A stretch of 64,000 nt of DNA, taken from an uncultured bacterium. Its GTDB lineage: Bacteria > Patescibacteriota > Microgenomatia > Levybacterales > UBA12049. Below the pieces are notes generated by a model. The model was not told where the DNA came from. It searched no databases and worked only from the letters and a program-made list of their open reading frames with translations. The stretch covers positions 14,336-78,335 of the forward strand of contig CAWGXL010000001.1 of assembly GCA_963826535.1 (NCBI GenBank). Direction: 5' to 3'. Of the stretch, positions 28,826 to 38,498 are shown piece by piece. The position numbers were made by a program, and so were the translations under genes. The number at the start of each line of letters is the position of its first letter. Position 1 is the first letter of the stretch.

Positions 28826-29362
28826 TTAAGAAAGTAACTGTGAAGCTAATTTTTCGGCTATTACATCATTGCTCAACATGCAATTCAATTCGCAATAACC
28901 CTTTGTACTAAAAGATAATTTATAACCTACGGGCATCCACCACTCATTAATTTTTTTTAGACTATTTTTTAAAAATTCATCGTACTTTTTTTTACTATTA
29001 CGATAATCTTTTTCAAGCAATTTTCTTCTATTTATTCGCTTTCCTAAGATATTTAGAGCTGTAGTATTATTTATTCTTAATCCATGTTTTGGCATCAACT
29101 TCCCTTGATAAATTCTTAATTTGTCTAAATATCTACCTAGCTTTGCATACTTCTTATATTTTTTGTCAAAACTTCCGTCATTTCTCATCATGGGTATAGC
29201 CATTTCAAGAAGATAGGGGTAATCAAAAGCCTTAATTTTTTCATCTAAACGCTTTCTTAAATTTGTACTAGCAGCAACTATATCATTGCTGTATCGGCCA
29301 AGCAAACTTAGAGCAGAATTATCCTTCAAAGTATACTTTTCATCTTGCATCTTCATAATCAA
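28826..29362 (-). CDS. Hypothetical protein
   Basis: ORF only. Confidence 0.25.
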   Translation of the reverse strand: MIMKMQDEKYTLKDNSALSLLGRYSNDIVAASTNLRKRLDEKIKAFDYPYLLEMAIPMMRNDGSFDKKYKKYAKLGRYLDKLRIYQGKLMPKHGLRINNTTALNILGKRINRRKLLEKDYRNSKKKYDEFLKNSLKKINEWWMPVGYKLSFSTKGYCELNCMLSNDVIAEKLASQLLS

Positions 29363-29429
29363 TCCTTTCTCTAACAGAGGTTATTATTTTATAAACAAGA
29401 GTAGTTTAAGTCAAATTTTCCAATTTTAT

Positions 29430-29771
29430 CTAAACTATTGAAGGATATAATTCATCCACTGGAATATGTAGGCCTTTTGCCAATCTATAAAGGCTGTATG
29501 CAGATGGCAACCGCTTGCCTGTTTCCAAAAGGTTTATATAAGTTCTGTAAAATCCGCATTGATGGGCTAACTCATCTTGAGAAAGTCCTTTTTTAGTTCT
29601 TATTTTCTTAACATTCCCGCCCACAATTTCTTTAAATTTCTCCCGGCTCAGCATATAGCCCAATTTTGCCAACATTCGCACAATTGCGCTTCGCACAGAA
29701 GGTAGAATTAGATGTTGATTTACCTTATTTAAAAGCGTAATAATAAAATCAAGCCCATTCTCAATAAGCAA
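29430..29771 (-). CDS. XRE-family HTH transcriptional regulator
   Basis: C-terminal KKGLSQDELAHQCGFYRTYINLLETGKRLPS HTH_3 pattern. Confidence 0.6.
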   Translation of the reverse strand: MLIENGLDFIITLLNKVNQHLILPSVRSAIVRMLAKLGYMLSREKFKEIVGGNVKKIRTKKGLSQDELAHQCGFYRTYINLLETGKRLPSAYSLYRLAKGLHIPVDELYPSIV

Positions 29772-29773
29772 TT

Positions 29774-30184
29774 ATGGTGATATTAATGATTTACATTCTT
29801 AGCTTGGCAATTTATCTCTATGTTTTTATGTATCAAAGAACGACTTTAAACATCGCAAGAGTGTTGGATATGCCTGTTAATGAAACAAAGGCGATACTAA
29901 CTCCGGGTTGGGTCGTTGTTCTTGGACTGATTGGTACTTTAGGCGTCTATGGAACGCCAATTCTTATATGGATTTGGGTTGGATTTCTTCAGGCACTATT
30001 AGCTTCAATATTTAGTGTCGTTATATGTGTATTTAGTCCGATTCCACATAGATATTATTTTAAAATGATTTTGAACCACCTCAGTTCACAAATTCAAAAA
30101 TCAGACGGGGGAAAACAAGAGGCTTATAAAGCTCTTAAAGAATCAATAATTGGAATTGAAAAGAGGTATTCAATTACTAAATAG
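29774..30184 (+). CDS. Hypothetical membrane protein
   Basis: 3-4 TM helices; divergent from the XRE regulator. Confidence 0.3.
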   Translation: MVILMIYILSLAIYLYVFMYQRTTLNIARVLDMPVNETKAILTPGWVVVLGLIGTLGVYGTPILIWIWVGFLQALLASIFSVVICVFSPIPHRYYFKMILNHLSSQIQKSDGGKQEAYKALKESIIGIEKRYSITK

Positions 30185-30202
30185 GTTAATTGAGAAAAAG
30201 AT

Positions 30203-31078
30203 ATGATCGAAAAATGCGGGAAGTGCGGGTTTGAAAACAAGGAGGGAAGTTTATTCTGCCAGAAATGCGGCTCTCAACTTATTACAAAAGATGTTTCATT
30301 TATACAGAAAATTCAAGGCGGAACGCTTTTAAAAAAGACTTTTTGGGCACTCACATTAGTTGTTGTTGTGATTATGCTTATTTGGCTATCCCCAAAAAAT
30401 GATTCTATAAAATCTACTAGTTACACAGCCGTTTCGCCTACATCTGACCCTGACCCAATTATCGATTGTCAGTTTAGAAATCTTCCGTGGCAAAAGATGA
30501 AAAGTTCTGAATGTGCTACGTCTTATGAATGTCCAGTTGATGATAAATGGATTATTTATAAGTCGCAGGAGGAATGTTCAGCAGCTCAGAATGACCCTAA
30601 TCTATTAACTATGTGTCCATTTAAATACTTGCCATCACATATAATGAAAAAATCAGAATGCGAAAAAGCTGTAGAGTGTCAAATTGGAGGCAAATGGTAT
30701 GTTTACTTTTCTCAAAGTCAATGCACTCAATATCAATCCCTTGAGGTATCAAATGACTGGTCAAAATATAGAGCTGCTCGGATTCAGGATTTAAAAGCAG
30801 CATTGAAGATAACTGAAGATCAAATTGAATATTATAAGAATGAACTAGAGAAAACAACAAAAGAATATGAACAAATTGTTTCTCTTTATCGGGCTGGTGA
30901 GAGGACAAAGTCAGAATTTGAAACAGTATCAAAATATTTTATTGAAACTGATAATTTTATCCGGGCTACCCTGATAGAACTGGCGAAAGAAGCCGATGCT
31001 TATGATAGTCTTATATTCAGATTTCAAAATGGAGAAAACGTAACTCCAGAAGAAGAAAAAGCTATTGTTGGGCATTAA
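30203..31078 (+). CDS. Zinc-ribbon + TM protein with duplicated Cys-containing extracellular repeats
   Basis: N-terminal CGKCGFENKEGSLFCQKCG zinc ribbon, one TM, two similar KSECxxxxECxxxxKW(I/Y)xY repeats, C-terminal coiled coil. Confidence 0.4.
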   Translation: MIEKCGKCGFENKEGSLFCQKCGSQLITKDVSFIQKIQGGTLLKKTFWALTLVVVVIMLIWLSPKNDSIKSTSYTAVSPTSDPDPIIDCQFRNLPWQKMKSSECATSYECPVDDKWIIYKSQEECSAAQNDPNLLTMCPFKYLPSHIMKKSECEKAVECQIGGKWYVYFSQSQCTQYQSLEVSNDWSKYRAARIQDLKAALKITEDQIEYYKNELEKTTKEYEQIVSLYRAGERTKSEFETVSKYFIETDNFIRATLIELAKEADAYDSLIFRFQNGENVTPEEEKAIVGH

Positions 31079-31095
31079 TTTTTACTTAAAGAAAA

Positions 31096-31404
31096 ATGAA
31101 TTTCAAGACATTATTTAAGTACTTATTAATAATAGGATTAATCTTAATCCTGTACTTAGGCTATTCTTATATTATGAATTTTGTTTTTCCATCAGAAGAA
31201 AGACAGAAGCAATTAAACTCCTATAATTATCCTGCCGGATTCAAATTGAGTTTCATTAACACTTGCATACCAACGGCAAATGAAACCCTGTGTAAGTGTG
31301 CTCTTGAGTTTTATGAATCAAGATATACTTATGGCGAGTATGTAAAGGTAGGAAGCAAGGAAGAAATTAAGGCTGAAATGCGTAAATATTGTCTTGCTGA
31401 ATAA
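31096..31404 (+). CDS. Small membrane-anchored Cys-containing protein
   Basis: N-terminal TM; ORF only. Confidence 0.3.
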   Translation: MNFKTLFKYLLIIGLILILYLGYSYIMNFVFPSEERQKQLNSYNYPAGFKLSFINTCIPTANETLCKCALEFYESRYTYGEYVKVGSKEEIKAEMRKYCLAE

Positions 31405-31421
31405 AGAGATAATATCCACTC

Positions 31422-31799
31422 TCACCATTCGTATTGCTTTTTAACTAAATTAAAACCAATAAAAGTATCATTCGACTTTGAATCAGCTTGAAACAACCCG
31501 AAATCTTTTTTGGTCTCCTTTAAATACTCAAGCTTGATCTTCGGGTCTTCGTCAAAAAGACCGGCGGCCTGAATCCTTGCCATAACTTCGGAATTAATCC
31601 CCGCCCTTTTTAAGTCATCCCGGTACTGATTTATTAGTACCTCAAATCCCGCCGTATCGACGAAGTTTTGCTTTGGGTGCGTAGAAGTTTTTTCTGAGTA
31701 TCCTGCCGACATCATTGCTTCCTGTAACGTCTTAGCTTTCTTCATATGTTCGAATGCCGCCTGTTGTTTCGAAGTAGGCTTCACCCGGTTCTTTCTCAT
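31422..31799 (-). CDS. Phage terminase small-subunit-like protein
   Basis: N-terminal HTH-like SKQQAAFEHMKKAKTLQEAMMSAGYSEKT pattern typical of P27-type small terminases. Confidence 0.4.
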   Translation of the reverse strand: MRKNRVKPTSKQQAAFEHMKKAKTLQEAMMSAGYSEKTSTHPKQNFVDTAGFEVLINQYRDDLKRAGINSEVMARIQAAGLFDEDPKIKLEYLKETKKDFGLFQADSKSNDTFIGFNLVKKQYEW

Positions 31800-31902
31800 A
31801 GAAATGCTTCTTGCATTGATTTGATGTTTTTCGTCTTTTTTTGTTATAGTTACTTGTCTTGTTATTTGTTATGATTATACACAATAGCAAAATCGAAATA
31901 AT

Positions 31903-32880
31903 ATGTTAAATTTATCTACTAAAGTAAAACCTTCCCTTTTTATCGCACGCCCTTGGGATACGCCCTTTACTGAGCTTTATAAGCACCTCAATGATAATTT
32001 AAGTAAAAAATGGATTATTTATGATGGATCACTAATAATAAAAGAGAATGAAGCACAGGCAAAAAGAGAGATGTTTATAAATAGAAACAAGCTGTTATAT
32101 GACTTGATTGTTTCAGGGATAAAAAAGTCAGATGTATTTATCGCAGACGTAACAAATGCAAATGCAAATGTAATGATTGAGTTGGGAATTGCTATTCAAC
32201 TAAATAAAAACATCATTATTGTTACTGGACAGGATAGAACTAGGCTTCCTTTTGACATACAAGGATTCAATGCCGAAAAATATGATAATAAAAATGATCT
32301 TAACGATAAAATTGAAAAAGAACTTTCTATATATTTATCAATTAAAGAACAAAACTTTGATAAACCATTTCCAGGAAACCATATAGCTATACCTGATGGA
32401 AAATTAACAGGACACAGGAATATAAAACAAATAAATCTTACCAAACCAATCAAAAACCTAAAATTGAGAATAGAATATAAATTTATAAAGATTTCTCACA
32501 GTGATGACTGGTTGGGAATCCATTTGCGGGCTTCTCCATCTATTCAGCCATCAGAATTAGTGTATGTTAGATCAAATGGTAACTTAGAGATTGTAACACT
32601 CCCTACCAGGCCTAAATTTTCTAGTGGCGAAGATAAAGAAAATAAAGATAATAAATTTTCCGATGGTTATACTAGGTTGGAATTGATTCTTGATGGGAAT
32701 AAATTGTTGGCCGCTACATCAACCAAAGAATTATTTGATGAGTTAATACAAATTGAATCATTCGGAAGCATATATCTTCAAGCAAATGCACATAGTAATG
32801 ATCCAAAAGAAAGGGAGAGCCTTGAGATTGATTTTAGAAATTTTGAAATTCTAAATATAGACACTACGACTCCTATTTAA
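31903..32880 (+). CDS. Two-domain protein: N-terminal nucleoside 2-deoxyribosyltransferase-like/TIR-like Rossmann domain + unknown C-terminal beta-rich domain
   Basis: SDVFIADVTNANANVMIELGIAIQLNKNIIIVTG pattern (AD...ElG..) characteristic of PF05014/DUF1863-type folds. Confidence 0.4.
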   Translation: MLNLSTKVKPSLFIARPWDTPFTELYKHLNDNLSKKWIIYDGSLIIKENEAQAKREMFINRNKLLYDLIVSGIKKSDVFIADVTNANANVMIELGIAIQLNKNIIIVTGQDRTRLPFDIQGFNAEKYDNKNDLNDKIEKELSIYLSIKEQNFDKPFPGNHIAIPDGKLTGHRNIKQINLTKPIKNLKLRIEYKFIKISHSDDWLGIHLRASPSIQPSELVYVRSNGNLEIVTLPTRPKFSSGEDKENKDNKFSDGYTRLELILDGNKLLAATSTKELFDELIQIESFGSIYLQANAHSNDPKERESLEIDFRNFEILNIDTTTPI

Positions 32881-32938
32881 ACAGGCCGGAATATATTGTC
32901 TTAGCGTGTGGTACATGGTATTATAGGCACTAATTAGC

Positions 32939-32967
32939 GGTTCGAAGTTCTGAATATCCGGCTCACA
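32939..32967 (+). other. Degenerate copy of tRNA-Lys 3-prime end (ggttcgaa...tccggctcaca), candidate att remnant
   Basis: Direct sequence comparison with 19359-19384: blocks ggttcgaa (8/8) and tccggctcaca (11/11) conserved, middle differs. Confidence 0.4.
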
Positions 32968-32988
32968 TATAAACAGCATGGCTGGTCA

Positions 32989-33666
32989 ATGAAAGGCGCA
33001 AAAAGAGGAGCAACTTATCCCCTGCTTAAGGACCTGTACAAAACACTAAAAAGCATAAAGGCGCAAAAACTTTGTACTCGGCTTGAAAAATTTACCAAAG
33101 GGTCTTTATCAAACGTCTTTAATTCTCAAACAAATATAAAGCTTAATAACCGTCTTATTATTTTTGATATCAAAAATGTCAGTGAATCTTTGAGACAAAT
33201 TATGATGGTAGTTATTTCAAATTTTATATACAACAGGGTAAAGACAGACATCCAAAAAAGATTACTTGTAATTGATGAGGGATGGCTTCTATTGCAGCAC
33301 ACGGAAAGCGCCAGGTTTGTTGCAGGTTTGACAAGACGTGCAAGAAAATATTATCTAGGCGTGAGTATAATAACTCAACAGGCTAATGATTTTCTAAATA
33401 ACGATTACGGAAAAGCGATTGCTTCCCAGAGTTCGCTACGAACATTAATGCGCCAGGACACAACAACGATCAAAAAAGTCGCACATGAGTTTAATTTGAG
33501 CGAATATGAACAGAAATTTCTTCTTACATGCGATAGAGGGGAAGCACTCATTATCGCCGACCAGAATCATGTGGCTGTCAAAATAGTTGCGTCAGCCAAA
33601 GAGCATCCGCTGATTACTACAGATCCTGCTGAAAGGTATCTACATCGTGAATCCCCTGTTAATTAA
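32989..33666 (+). pseudogene. C-terminal fragment of a VirB4/TrbE/TraC-family conjugative ATPase
   Basis: Walker-B-like LLVIDEGWLLL, downstream VirB4-like blocks (SIITQQANDF, CDRGEALI); lacks the N-terminal about 550 aa including Walker A. Confidence 0.5.
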
Positions 33667-34261
33667 AAACATATTAAATATTTTTTCCATGAAGCAGGAA
33701 TTGAAATATGTTGCTTTTACATTTATTGGAATATTACTTCTTCCGGTCATAGCCGTCTTAGTAATAACAAATACCGGTATACCCGCTGTTTCGGATAAAT
33801 TGGCGAGCGTCAATGCCGAAAATCATGAAATAGAGATCCATGATCCCACCGGAAAAGTGATCGCGACTATAGACGCGGTGACCATCTGGCCGGTATCCGG
33901 AGTCGTAACCCTAGAATTCGGAGAAGCACATCTACCCTATCAGCCCATACATACAGGAATAGATATTGCAAGCAAGAAAGGTGATCCCATCACTCCTTTT
34001 ATGAAAGGAAAAGTATTGTCAGTCAATCATCTATCCTGGGGGTATGGAAATTATGTTGTTATAGATCACGGAAACAATATCACATCAATATACGCTCATA
34101 TGAGTGCGGCCAATGTTACTGAAGGACAGGATGTCAAGCCCGGAGACGTTATTGGCAAAGTAGGTTCTACAGGCTGGTCAACAGGACCGCATTTGCATTT
34201 TGAAGTGAGGGTATTCGGAGTGCCGGTAAATCCTAGAACATTTGTAACGGGAATTCCATAA
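33647..34261 (+). CDS. M23-family (LytM-type) peptidoglycan endopeptidase with N-terminal TM
   Basis: HTGIDIA, YGNYVVIDHGN, GSTGWSTGPHLHFEV zinc-ligand motifs. Confidence 0.8.
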   Translation: MNPLLIKNILNIFSMKQELKYVAFTFIGILLLPVIAVLVITNTGIPAVSDKLASVNAENHEIEIHDPTGKVIATIDAVTIWPVSGVVTLEFGEAHLPYQPIHTGIDIASKKGDPITPFMKGKVLSVNHLSWGYGNYVVIDHGNNITSIYAHMSAANVTEGQDVKPGDVIGKVGSTGWSTGPHLHFEVRVFGVPVNPRTFVTGIP

Positions 34262-34507
34262 TTACCTTGACTCTAGGATTAATCTAACTATAGATTTCGG
34301 CTCAATAATTCAGGCTTTCAAGATTTACAATATATCGGAGAGTTAAGGTAGTGGGCGGAGGAGATTTGGAGGTTGTAAGGATAGGAATTCTCGCTTATTT
34401 CCACTTAATTATGTAAAATTATCTCATTTTCTATAAATTGTACATATGATTAATGCGCTAATTATAAAAGCTCCGATAACAATTTCTAGGACATTATGTG
34501 TTTGCTC

Positions 34508-35503
34508 TTACTCAACAATATTTTCCTTTTTTCCTGCTAAATATGATGCAATATTTCCGGTTGTAATTTGAAGAATTTGCATAAGTGCTTCCTGACTATT
34601 AAAGGCATTGTGAGAAGTAAAGATAACATCATCTCGTTCGAGTAGTACGTGATTTAGAAGTTGGGTTTTTATATCGCATGCTTTTAAGAAATCTTCGGTT
34701 AGCAGTTCGCGCTCTTCCTTAAGAGAACATTCTTCTTCCAGTACATCAAGTCCAGCGGCAAGTAAAGTTTTGGTTTCAAGACCTTCTAGGATTGCTTGTG
34801 TTTCAACAAGTGGTCCCCGCGCTGTGTTGATAAGGATGCTTCCCTTTTTAAACTTCTTGATATTTTCCCTATTGATAATATGGTGGGTTTCTTTGGTGTG
34901 CGGTACATGAAGTGAAACAAAATCAGAAGAACTGATAAGTTCATCGAAAGGTACATATTTCAGATTCTCACGGTCATTCTCCGGATGCGATGTATACACA
35001 AGCACTTTCATACCGAAACATAGGGCAAGGTCAATTACCTTTCTTCCAATCTTCCCTGCACCGATAACTCCAATTGTTTTTCCGGATAAGTCAAATCCTC
35101 GTAGACCTTCTAGGGAAAAATTTCCTCTCCTCGTTCTATCAACGGTTGGGATAAGTTTTTTACTTAATGCCAGAATAAGCATAAAAGTATGCTCTGCAAC
35201 ACTGTGTGCTCCGTATGAGGGGACATTGACAACTGTTATTCCTTTTTCTTTGCAATATGCCAGATCAATATGATCGTATCCAGTAGATCGGGTCGCAATT
35301 AGCTTAAGATTTGGAAATTTATCTATGGTTTCTTTCTTTAACGCGGAATAAATGAATACTGAAATAATGGATGCGGAAAAAACTTCCGGAATGCTCTCTT
35401 CATGGGCTTTGTTTTGTGTGAATATCAACTCGTTATTTGGAAAGGCTTTTTGTATATATTCCTTTTCCCATTCTTCAATTTCAAAAAAGACAATTTTATC
35501 CAT
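34508..35503 (-). CDS. D-isomer-specific 2-hydroxyacid dehydrogenase (second paralog)
   Basis: GVIGAGKIGRKV NAD motif and catalytic-domain conservation. Confidence 0.8.
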   Translation of the reverse strand: MDKIVFFEIEEWEKEYIQKAFPNNELIFTQNKAHEESIPEVFSASIISVFIYSALKKETIDKFPNLKLIATRSTGYDHIDLAYCKEKGITVVNVPSYGAHSVAEHTFMLILALSKKLIPTVDRTRRGNFSLEGLRGFDLSGKTIGVIGAGKIGRKVIDLALCFGMKVLVYTSHPENDRENLKYVPFDELISSSDFVSLHVPHTKETHHIINRENIKKFKKGSILINTARGPLVETQAILEGLETKTLLAAGLDVLEEECSLKEERELLTEDFLKACDIKTQLLNHVLLERDDVIFTSHNAFNSQEALMQILQITTGNIASYLAGKKENIVE

Positions 35504-35506
35504 AAT

Positions 35507-36148
35507 TTAACGGCGTTTAAAATAAATAAAAATACGGTAGAGAATTACGAGTAGCATAAATAAGAATATAAAAAGGCTTGATTGCGGATAAGATGGATTT
35601 GCGACGCTACCAGTTTGTTGCGGGTGACCGCTTAAATAGCTTATCCATCCTTCATGCCTCATAATTACTAAATGGAGAAATACTGCCACGAATGCGATTT
35701 GTGCTCCGGAACTGAGATGTTTTATCCATTGGAGCCCACCCATCTTTTGGATTTTAGTGTCTCTTGAGAGAAAGGCGAGATACCCCCAGACCAAAATTGC
35801 AATTAGTCCCATTATTACAGGAAGCCATTCTTCCAAATACCACTGAGGAAAAGGGAATCTCTCTTGCAGATATAGTGAGGCAACAATATGAAGAACAGCA
35901 TAGATGAATGCTGAAAGTCCAAGTTGCCTACGAATAGTCATGTACTTGGCAACAGATGTTATTTTTCTTGAAACCGGGCCAATGAGTAGGGTCAATCCTG
36001 CAAGAATTACTGCAATTGAGGCGAATGCTTTGTTTGCATCATAAATGTTAAAACCGCCCCGGCGAACATAAAGATAAATTATCAGTAAGGCAAAAATGAG
36101 GAGAGAAATAATAATAGCTTTCGCCCAACGTTTTTGAAGTTCTTTCAT
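35507..36148 (-). CDS. Ferric-reductase-like transmembrane (YedZ/MsrQ-like) heme-binding membrane protein
   Basis: 6 TM with paired His in helices (AVLHIVASL, VFLHLVIMRHEGW). Confidence 0.5.
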   Translation of the reverse strand: MKELQKRWAKAIIISLLIFALLIIYLYVRRGGFNIYDANKAFASIAVILAGLTLLIGPVSRKITSVAKYMTIRRQLGLSAFIYAVLHIVASLYLQERFPFPQWYLEEWLPVIMGLIAILVWGYLAFLSRDTKIQKMGGLQWIKHLSSGAQIAFVAVFLHLVIMRHEGWISYLSGHPQQTGSVANPSYPQSSLFIFLFMLLVILYRIFIYFKRR

Positions 36149-36208
36149 AATTAGAATTTTTAGCTCTTCCTTAATTTATAACATAATTTAAAAAATATTG
36201 CATGACGA

Positions 36209-37339
36209 TCATATATTTAATAAGGGTAAAGAAAAGTAGAATGTGCTTCCTTTTCCAAGCTCTGACTCTACCCATAATCTACCTTTGTGTCGCTTGATAA
36301 TTTGTTTTGAAATATAGAGTCCCAACCCAAAGCCTGTCCTTGAGCTTTTTGACATTTTGTTTATCTGATAGAATAAATCAAAAATACGTTTTTGATGATT
36401 CTTCGGAATCCCGGCACCGTTGTCTCTGACTGCCACTATTACCTTTTTCTTTTCAGGATGCACGGACATATCAATAATCGTTTTACCAGGTGAATATTTA
36501 ATGGCATTTGAAATTAAATTAACCAAAACCTGCTCGATTCGATGCTGATCGGCATTGATAAAAAGCTCTTTTGGCATATTTTTTATATCAATCTTATGAA
36601 TATTTGCATAGATACGCATTTTTCTCGCGTTGTGTCTTATAAGTTTTATTAAGTCGAACTTTTCATATAGTAAACGTAATTTACCTGTTTTAATTCGGGA
36701 ACTATCTAGAAGATCATTCACCAATGTTGTTATACTTTTAATTTCATTATCAATCATTTTCAGTTCACGCAGATCTCGACCGCGCGTATTGGATTTTTTT
36801 GCTTTAACTAAGCGGGATTGTGATATCAACTTAAGAACAGTGATTGGCGTCTTCAATTCATGTGCTGCTGTCGTTAGGAAAACCTCTTGTAATTGTTCCA
36901 GGCGCTTTCTTTCTGTAATATCATGCTGAATTTGGACATAATAAAAAGTTTTTCCATCTTGTTGAACCGGGAAAAAAGTAGAATAAATTTGGTATTCGCT
37001 TCCATCTTTTCTTCTGTCAATAGTTTCTTCGGTAGTAAACGATTGATTATTTAAAAGCGCATCCCACAATTCTTTATAAATTTTTCTTGGAGTTTTCCCG
37101 CTTTGTAGAATACGAGGGATTTGCCCTTTCACTTCTGAAAACTTATATCCTGTGAGTTTTTCCCACGCCGGATTGACAAAGATGATTTTTGCGTCTGTTG
37201 AGGTAATAAGAATAGGATCAGAACAAGCAGAGAGTATTTGATTAACTTTATTGATTTCACTTTCCACAACTGATAGCTCAATTACTAATTGATGAATTGT
37301 ATTTTGATCTTGCTGAGACTGTGAGTTTAATTGGGACAT
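36209..37339 (-). CDS. PAS-domain sensor histidine kinase
   Basis: PAS region, H-box HELKTPITVL, HATPase_c N/G boxes (RDNGAGIP, GFGLGLYISK). Confidence 0.8.
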   Translation of the reverse strand: MSQLNSQSQQDQNTIHQLVIELSVVESEINKVNQILSACSDPILITSTDAKIIFVNPAWEKLTGYKFSEVKGQIPRILQSGKTPRKIYKELWDALLNNQSFTTEETIDRRKDGSEYQIYSTFFPVQQDGKTFYYVQIQHDITERKRLEQLQEVFLTTAAHELKTPITVLKLISQSRLVKAKKSNTRGRDLRELKMIDNEIKSITTLVNDLLDSSRIKTGKLRLLYEKFDLIKLIRHNARKMRIYANIHKIDIKNMPKELFINADQHRIEQVLVNLISNAIKYSPGKTIIDMSVHPEKKKVIVAVRDNGAGIPKNHQKRIFDLFYQINKMSKSSRTGFGLGLYISKQIIKRHKGRLWVESELGKGSTFYFSLPLLNI

Positions 37340-37468
37340 ATTTTTAATTTAATGCTAATTTACACCACTTTACTTATGTTATCTATGACCTTTTTAACCA
37401 AAATAGTGTGATTTAGGTCACATGAGTTAAGAAGATTGTGAGGGAAAGCTAATATCGCAACTGCCTTT

Positions 37469-38074
37469 TTATCCATTATTCCAAACAAATTTTCTTTCGG
37501 GTTCTATGATATGCTCTCTTATAATATTTATCTTTTCTACCTTATTGGGGATAACATCTTCAAGAACTGTGGCATAACGTAAAGGATTATGAATTTGATA
37601 CATATCAAGATACTTAATATGGTGAGTTGGGTCAGATAAGCTGATTGTGCCATAATTGAATAATCTCCCGAATAATGTTTGATCGACTTCGATATCCCTA
37701 ATATCCTTCAAAGGATATTTCTCAACATGTCGGAAAATGAGTCCCCTGCGGTGTGCGACGAGATGTGGCGTAATTTCATAATATTCATTTAACCATTGAA
37801 GAAACAGCAAGGCAATAATAGCTGATTTAATTATGACAAAGGATATAATTACAGGGATAGTTAATAAACTTATATCTGTGTTGAATCTTGTAAGGACTCC
37901 TGATACCAAGAGTGTGTGGAACAAAATAACTAATGTTCCGGTCATCATTTCAACAAGGAATAATTTTAACAAAAGAAATGATATGCTCAGCCTTATATTC
38001 ACATGTGTTACTTGTAATTTTTTTATTTGATTATTCATAATTATTATAGTATTCTCCGTAGTAATAATCCGCAA
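37469..38074 (-). CDS. Membrane protein with bacterial PH domain (YdbS/DUF304-like)
   Basis: Two TM then a bPH_2-like region (YPLKDIRDIEVDQTLFGRLFNYGTISL). Confidence 0.45.
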   Translation of the reverse strand: MRIITTENTIIIMNNQIKKLQVTHVNIRLSISFLLLKLFLVEMMTGTLVILFHTLLVSGVLTRFNTDISLLTIPVIISFVIIKSAIIALLFLQWLNEYYEITPHLVAHRRGLIFRHVEKYPLKDIRDIEVDQTLFGRLFNYGTISLSDPTHHIKYLDMYQIHNPLRYATVLEDVIPNKVEKINIIREHIIEPERKFVWNNG

Positions 38075-38144
38075 TGACTTAAGTTACAGATAAAGTGTGA
38101 CAAGCATCACTGACATTTTTAAAAGTTTCCTTTAAAGTTCATAT

Positions 38145-38498
38145 ATGATTAAAGTGGTACAAGATGGGCAATATGAACTTATGGAAACAAAGGGACAGAC
38201 CAAGATATTAATTCTGAAAGGAAAAAAATCATATGCTTGGGTCAATGCCGCGGATATTGGAGAAATTTTAGTTACTTCACATAAATCACACAAAGTGGAT
38301 CATATCCTCTCAATTGGGAAATATAGGCTTTATGAAGTAAAAGACGAGCAAAATTTCACCGATCTTTTACATCTTGAACTACATGTTGGTGATGGGGTGT
38401 GGCAAGGTTATTTACTCCCGACAGGATTGCCAAGTAATACAAAAATACGCAATAGAATAATTCCTACCAGAGAAATAATTACGAAAGCAATTAATTAG
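38145..38498 (+). CDS. Hypothetical protein
   Basis: ORF only. Confidence 0.3.
   Translation: MIKVVQDGQYELMETKGQTKILILKGKKSYAWVNAADIGEILVTSHKSHKVDHILSIGKYRLYEVKDEQNFTDLLHLELHVGDGVWQGYLLPTGLPSNTKIRNRIIPTREIITKAIN

Noticed and set aside
32989-33666. Complete small P-loop ATPase gene
   Set aside because: The sequence begins mid-domain (Walker B but no Walker A) relative to VirB4-family proteins. It is treated as a truncated remnant.
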